NCBI GenBank assembly: GCA_963664195.1
Contig: OY760907.1
Span: 736,001 to 800,000, forward strand
DNA from: an uncultured candidate division Zixibacteria bacterium
GTDB taxonomy: Bacteria > Zixibacteria > MSB-5A5 > GN15 > FEB-12
DNA length: 64,000 nt
Reading direction: 5' to 3'
The notes under the pieces were generated by a model. The model ran no database searches. It had not been told where the DNA came from and saw nothing but the letters and a program-made list of their open reading frames with translations. Positions 58,775 to 64,000 of the stretch are shown in pieces. The position numbers and the translations under genes are program-made. Numbering within the stretch: the first letter of the stretch is position 1; every line of letters begins with the position of its first letter.

Positions 58775-60886
58775 TTATGATCTGGAAGCTTCGGCAGTAT
58801 GCGCCTCGATAGCCCTCTTCAGCAGATCGCATTTCCCTGTAACTTCGCGGGAGGCGTCAGTCGCTTGTGCTAGAAGCCTCTCGGCCCGCGTCTTCTCTGA
58901 AGCGTGGACGGCGGCAACACAATCATTAGCAAACTTGTGAACAGCAGCGTGCGACGATTCCGTATCCTTGAACTCAGCCAAGGAACCGTAATCTTCGATT
59001 CCGTCGGAGTAGTACCACTTACCGAAACGGCAGTTATGGTGATCGAATGTTTTCCAGGTAGAGACATCCCCTCCGCCACTGATGATCTTATCCAACTGCT
59101 TCATGTAGCGCCCGTGATCTTCTTTGGCCAACTGCAAAATGCCGGTGTTACCGCCGACTATCTTGAACTTGCCGACCATTGTGCGCATGTTTTCCGCATT
59201 GTGGCTGAGTTGATCGGCAGCGGACTGTTCCGCCCCGGAGGCGTTCTCTCGGGTCACCGACGCCACATACTCGATATTCTTTGAAATCTGTTCAGCCGCT
59301 ACCGATTGCTCCTCACTGGCGGTTGCTATCTGTTGGATCATATCCATGACACTCTGAGACATGTTCACCACTTCCTGAAGGCTGCCCCCTGCCTGATCGA
59401 CCAGCTCGCGACCCTTGTCGACCTCGGATACGCCTGACTCCATCGAATCGACCGCTCTGGAAGTTTCTTTCTGGATACCCTGGATCATGCCGGTAATCTC
59501 GCCGGTCGCTTTGCCGGTGCGCTCGGCCAACTTGCGGACCTCATCAGCCACAACGGCAAAACCACGCCCTTGTTCACCGGCACGGGCGGCCTCAATCGCA
59601 GCATTCAGAGCCAGTAAATTCGTCTGGTCAGCGATGTCGTCGATAACGCTGGTTATTTCGCCGATCTGATCGGCAGACTGTGCCAGCTTGCCGATGGAAC
59701 TTGCCGACTCACGAACGACCTCGGCTATGCGCTGCATGCCGGATATTGTGTCTGCTACTGCCTTACCGCCGACGGTGGCGGTGTCGGAAGCACTTCTCGA
59801 GGAATCGGAAGCATCACTGGCATTCCGTGAGGCCTCGACGATAGTGGATGACATTTGCTCAATGGCCGTAGATATCTGATCAACCTGCCCCGATTGATCC
59901 TTGGCTCCCCTGCTCATCTGCTCAGAGGACGCTGCAATCTCGGTCGCGGCAGACACGATTTCCCGGGAGTTGTCGGACAGCTCACGAACCATCGTATTCA
60001 GATTCTCGGTCATTCGGTTCATCGAGTCCGCCATGTGCCCTTTCGTCTCCAGGGTTGCGGCAATTGCACGTACCAGAATCCCTATTTCGTCTTTGGCCTC
60101 TGTCACGCCAATCTGAATATCAGTTCTGGGCACGTGCCTGGTAAGATCGTTATCAGCGATGGCATCCAGGACACTCTCGAATTCGGTGAACTCGTTTGTC
60201 ATCGATTTCGTAGCTTCCACCACTTGCGATACCGGCCTTACAATGTTCCGGGTGATCACTCAAGCCGCGGCAAGACCGATGACAAGACTGATGGTCACAA
60301 GAATCACCATCCAGTTGACCGTCGAGTCAATGTCATCCTTCACGTCAACCATCTGCTTTCCCGCATGATCCGCAAAGTGTTCCTCAAGTTTCCCCAGGAT
60401 CCCCTGTGTTTCGTTCAGGGCAACCGAGGTTTCCGTCTCGAAGATAGCAACGGCCTTCTGCACCGCCGCCGGGTCGGCGGCATCATAGACCTCATCGATT
60501 TCCGAGGCTGATTCGTGCAAGTGAGAGTGCGGCTTTTTTATGTCAGCCAGCAGGGCAGCAAGAGCGGGGTCGGCCGCCGCCTGAGATTGCGTCTCGGCAC
60601 TGTAGAGCCATTGGCCAAGGCCGCATTTGTGATCGTCCAACTGGACATCGACGTGGTTTACGTCTTCGTCGTAGAATAGCTGACACAGCCTGTTGGCCCA
60701 TTGCAGGTGATCAACCTCTTTCTCGATCATAAGGGACTTGTCCGCTTCGCAACCACCAATTGCGTGCAAATGCTCTTCCACGGATAGGAAAGCGGAATAA
60801 TTGAAATAGCTCGCGACCACGAATAGCAGCAAGACAATGGCGAATCCTACGCCCAACTTCTTTCCGATCTTGAGATTGGCAAACAT
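58775..60886 (-). pseudogene. Chemoreceptor with periplasmic and C-terminal CZB zinc-binding domains, interrupted by an in-frame TGA at 60260-60262
   Basis: The two track ORFs abut in one frame ([16 protein letters not shown]). CZB motifs DH..W..C.LG.W..H..LH and DH..C.FGKW..H..VH; MCP signature present. Confidence 0.85.
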
Positions 60887-60988
60887 AGAATAGCCTCCCA
60901 AAGAATCTAGCCCGTCTCCTATACTTCTGTTGTAGTGTGCCTGGGAGTCTCAAGATGAAGATCTTGTCGCGACCCCTCCCACAGATCA

Positions 60989-61015
60989 ATATCGGCTATC
61001 AGCAATCACGTTTTA
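60989..61015 (-). promoter_or_regulatory. Sigma-28 (FliA) promoter of the CZB chemoreceptor
   Basis: TAAA-N15-GCCGATAT, near-consensus, about 100 nt upstream of the start. Confidence 0.75.
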
Positions 61016-61208
61016 GCACTCTATCTTCACAATGGACAACTAAGATATATTTTATCGGGAACTTCTGCCGCCGCTTGGTGAGAACAGTCCAGTTTCTGCA
61101 CATGTCGAGGGCACGATCGGCCACGAAAAAGGGCAGCCCGCGAAACGCGAGCTACCCTCAAAGATGTACTATGTCCTGTTACTCACCCGGTGGGCAACAG
61201 CCTTACGA

Positions 61209-63329
61209 TCAGACGCGGAACTGCGACACCATATTCTTCAGGCTGTCGGCATTTCGACTCAGTTCCTCGGAGGCGGCGGCGGACTGCTCTGCGCCCTGTG
61301 CTGCCTCCTTGCTGACGGAGGAGATGTGATCGATGTTCCTGGTGATCTGCTCGGCAGCGACAGCCTGCTCTTCAGAGGCGGTCGCAATCTGCTGGATCAT
61401 GTCCATGACACGCTGTGACATCTCGACAACCTTGGAGAGATTGTCGCCGGCCTGATCGGCCAGTTCTCGGCCCTTATCGACTTCCGCGATACCTGCCTCC
61501 ATCGAGCCTACAGCTTCCTGTGTCTCGTTCTGGATGCCTTTGATCATGCCGGTGATTTCGCCAGTGGCCTTGCCGGTGCGCTCGGCCAGCTTGCGGACTT
61601 CATCAGCAACAACGGCAAAGCCTCTTCCCTGCTCACCGGCACGGGCGGCCTCGATGGCGGCGTTGAGAGCCAGCAGATTGGTCTGGTCGGCAATGTCATC
61701 GATTACTGTGATGATCTCGCCGATCTGGTCGGCAGACTGAGCCAGCTTGCCGATGGAGTCAGCAGACTCCCTTACCGTGGACGCGATCGTCTGCATTCCT
61801 GTAACGGTCTCCCCAACAATCATACCACCGTCAGTAGCAGTGTCAGAGGCGCCCTTGGAGATTTCATTTGCCTCGGCCGTGTTCTTGGCCTGCTCGGCGA
61901 TAGTCGCAGACATTTCTTCGACCGCCGCAGCCACCTGACTGACCTGCTGGGCCTGATCCTGGGCACCCTTTGAGGCCTCCTCGGAAGTGGAGGATATTTG
62001 GATGGCCGCAGATACCAGATCTTCGGTGCTGGCATTGATTTGCTGCACCATCTCCGTCAGGTTGAATACCATGGTCTTGAACGAGTGGCTGAGGGCGTCC
62101 TCGTCAGACTTCGGCTCAATCTGCACAGTCAGGTCCTTCGCAGCCACCACCGAGGCGGCGTCGGCCAGACCCTTCATGTAGTCAATCAGCTTCTGGAATG
62201 ACTTAGCCAGCGTTCCCACTTCATCGTTTGTCTTTATGTCTATTGACTGCTGAACGTCACCCACAGCGATCTTCTCCGCGACTTCGGATATCTTGATAAC
62301 CGGGCGCACTATAGTACGGGCCAGGAAGAACGCGACTGCGAGAGATATCAACAAACAGACAAAACCCAGCGTAACGATAGCGTTTCGGACTTGCGCAACC
62401 GGTGCTGTAAACTCGTCGAGGTAACTACCAGCAGCGATGATCCAATCCCAGTCTTTGACATACGTGTAGGCCACGATCTTGTCGCGAGGTTCGGTCTCGC
62501 CGAGAGCCGTGTTGATCCAGGGGTAGGTGATCCATCCGATTTCGCCGTCAGCAAGCTGCGGCGCTTTGGCGCATATTTCCTTGATAAAATCGTACTTGCT
62601 TATGTTTGAACCCTCACTGGCGGGGTGAACCTGGAGCACGCCGTCTGAGTCCATAGCATAAATGTACCCGGTCTCGCCGACTCTCTGGGCAAGAAGACCT
62701 GTACGCAAGACTTGTGATTCGGCCAGCTGGGCAATGCCCAAAACACCGACAACATTGTTTGATCCGTCGCGCAGAGGCTCATAGGCGGTCACATACCACG
62801 ATCCCAGGATCTGAGCACGACCGTAGAACGGCTGTCCTTTTCCCACGACCTGATCAAACACGTCTTGAGAGAGACTGGAACCAACAGCGCGTTCGCCGTC
62901 GTCCGACTTTGTAGTCGTGGCGATTCTCACCGCACGTGACCCATCTCTCATGAAAATCGACGCCATATTGCCCGTCGCACTCTTGATCTGATCGACGAAT
63001 TCGTGATTGTCGTTCAGTACGACAGCGCCGCCATCGGCTTCATACTGCATCTGTCCGTTGGACAGACTGATGGAACCGGAGGTGATTTCCTGAAGCAGAC
63101 TTGACGAAGTGGCCAGATCTGATTTCAGCTTGAATTGAACTTCCTCGGCGTTTACCTGACACGTTTTCTGCGCCATTGCGGCCAAGTGGGCCAGATCTGT
63201 CTTGGCCAACTCGACCAGGTGTGTCTCCGACTGGGATACGCTGATGAAGGCGACCCCGGCAATGGATAGCACGAGCACTGAAAAAATCAGTAGCATTATT
63301 TTGTGAGTAAGTTTCAGTTGCAGTTTCAT
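61209..63329 (-). CDS. Methyl-accepting chemotaxis protein with Cache sensor domains
   Basis: [30 protein letters not shown] and WDWIIA motifs; HAMP; MCP signature. Confidence 0.95.
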   Translation of the reverse strand: MKLQLKLTHKIMLLIFSVLVLSIAGVAFISVSQSETHLVELAKTDLAHLAAMAQKTCQVNAEEVQFKLKSDLATSSSLLQEITSGSISLSNGQMQYEADGGAVVLNDNHEFVDQIKSATGNMASIFMRDGSRAVRIATTTKSDDGERAVGSSLSQDVFDQVVGKGQPFYGRAQILGSWYVTAYEPLRDGSNNVVGVLGIAQLAESQVLRTGLLAQRVGETGYIYAMDSDGVLQVHPASEGSNISKYDFIKEICAKAPQLADGEIGWITYPWINTALGETEPRDKIVAYTYVKDWDWIIAAGSYLDEFTAPVAQVRNAIVTLGFVCLLISLAVAFFLARTIVRPVIKISEVAEKIAVGDVQQSIDIKTNDEVGTLAKSFQKLIDYMKGLADAASVVAAKDLTVQIEPKSDEDALSHSFKTMVFNLTEMVQQINASTEDLVSAAIQISSTSEEASKGAQDQAQQVSQVAAAVEEMSATIAEQAKNTAEANEISKGASDTATDGGMIVGETVTGMQTIASTVRESADSIGKLAQSADQIGEIITVIDDIADQTNLLALNAAIEAARAGEQGRGFAVVADEVRKLAERTGKATGEITGMIKGIQNETQEAVGSMEAGIAEVDKGRELADQAGDNLSKVVEMSQRVMDMIQQIATASEEQAVAAEQITRNIDHISSVSKEAAQGAEQSAAASEELSRNADSLKNMVSQFRV

Positions 63330-64000
63330 GCCTGCCCTTCCTTTGCTTGACCGAACCACGGAGTAAGTTACTGTTTATGAAATATGGTATCTCAGCAGCA
63401 AATACGCCAATGTCTCAGCCCCTCTCTATTTCGATTCACTTGTATTGTCGCGTTGCATGTCCGCCGTTCCCGTGTGACCACTGACGGCGGAAATATCAAT
63501 TCCTGATACTTTTGACACGCCTCTTTTGCCCCGGCCCCTCAGGCCCTGCAAGCGCCGTATGCTACACGGCATTTCCGATTGTGTGGGCCCATACAATTTG
63601 GAATGTGAGATACATAGTTGCTGATCGAGCCCCTTCGCGTATGTGTTCTATTGTCGGTTGATTGGGAATCGGAATTCACTGATGAAGAGGCGAATTCGCT
63701 GTTGGTGTACCGAAAACGAGATTCCAGAGAACCGGAAGGAGAGTCTCAATGAGACTTTTAGTATGCTGGCTGCACGGCCTCACCAGAGAGACCGGTGCCG
63801 AGTGTGACAATTGTCGTTGACTGGCAATCGATTAGTCGGAGAATCAAGCGGAATGGGACCGATCCTACGTAACATAGACCGGCTATGTTCAGCGACTGAA
63901 CATACTCTGCGACCAAATCATACCGGCCAGTAGGTCATCCTGAAATGTGTCCGCAACAGCAGGCAGACTACTCTTCCTGCCATTGCAGGACCAATCCCTC

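Noticed and set aside
60260..60262. Selenocysteine or TGA recoding
   Set aside because: The position is in a TM helix where Trp fits better than Cys, I see no convincing SECIS, and TGA is a normal stop for msrA, trkH and other genes.

Overview
A 64-kb stretch of GC-rich bacterial chromosome. It is probably from an FCB-group, Zixibacteria-like organism; this is inferred from a NYPNPFNP C-terminal sorting domain, a PEP-CTERM gene, thyX and many lipoproteins, and was not verified. It carries housekeeping genes (msrA, ettA, thyX, M32 carboxypeptidase, trkA/trkH, serA/serC, murQ, asnS, dprA, ada-like) and four chemoreceptors with no che genes. I found no tRNA, rRNA, CRISPR array, transposase or prophage. 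Highlights: (1) a DUF1015-serA-serC operon whose DUF1015 has a ParB/Srx-type DGHHR motif, close to an spt plus bacterial ceramide synthase pair; (2) an ECF sigma/zinc anti-sigma pair with a shared TGAATC-N16-YATCYAA motif also upstream of an MMPL/LolA-like/beta-barrel/DUF2892 operon; (3) a porin-binding protein-chemoreceptor module with no permease; (4) two candidate ECF-driven small RNAs; (5) a 40-bp REP-derived tandem array next to an orphan TIR-like gene, plus several REP-like families; (6) three visibly damaged genes: a dehalogenase-like gene with an internal deletion, the TIR gene with a 14-nt frameshift, and a dual-CZB chemoreceptor with an in-frame TGA. All family calls come from motif recognition by eye, not database searches.
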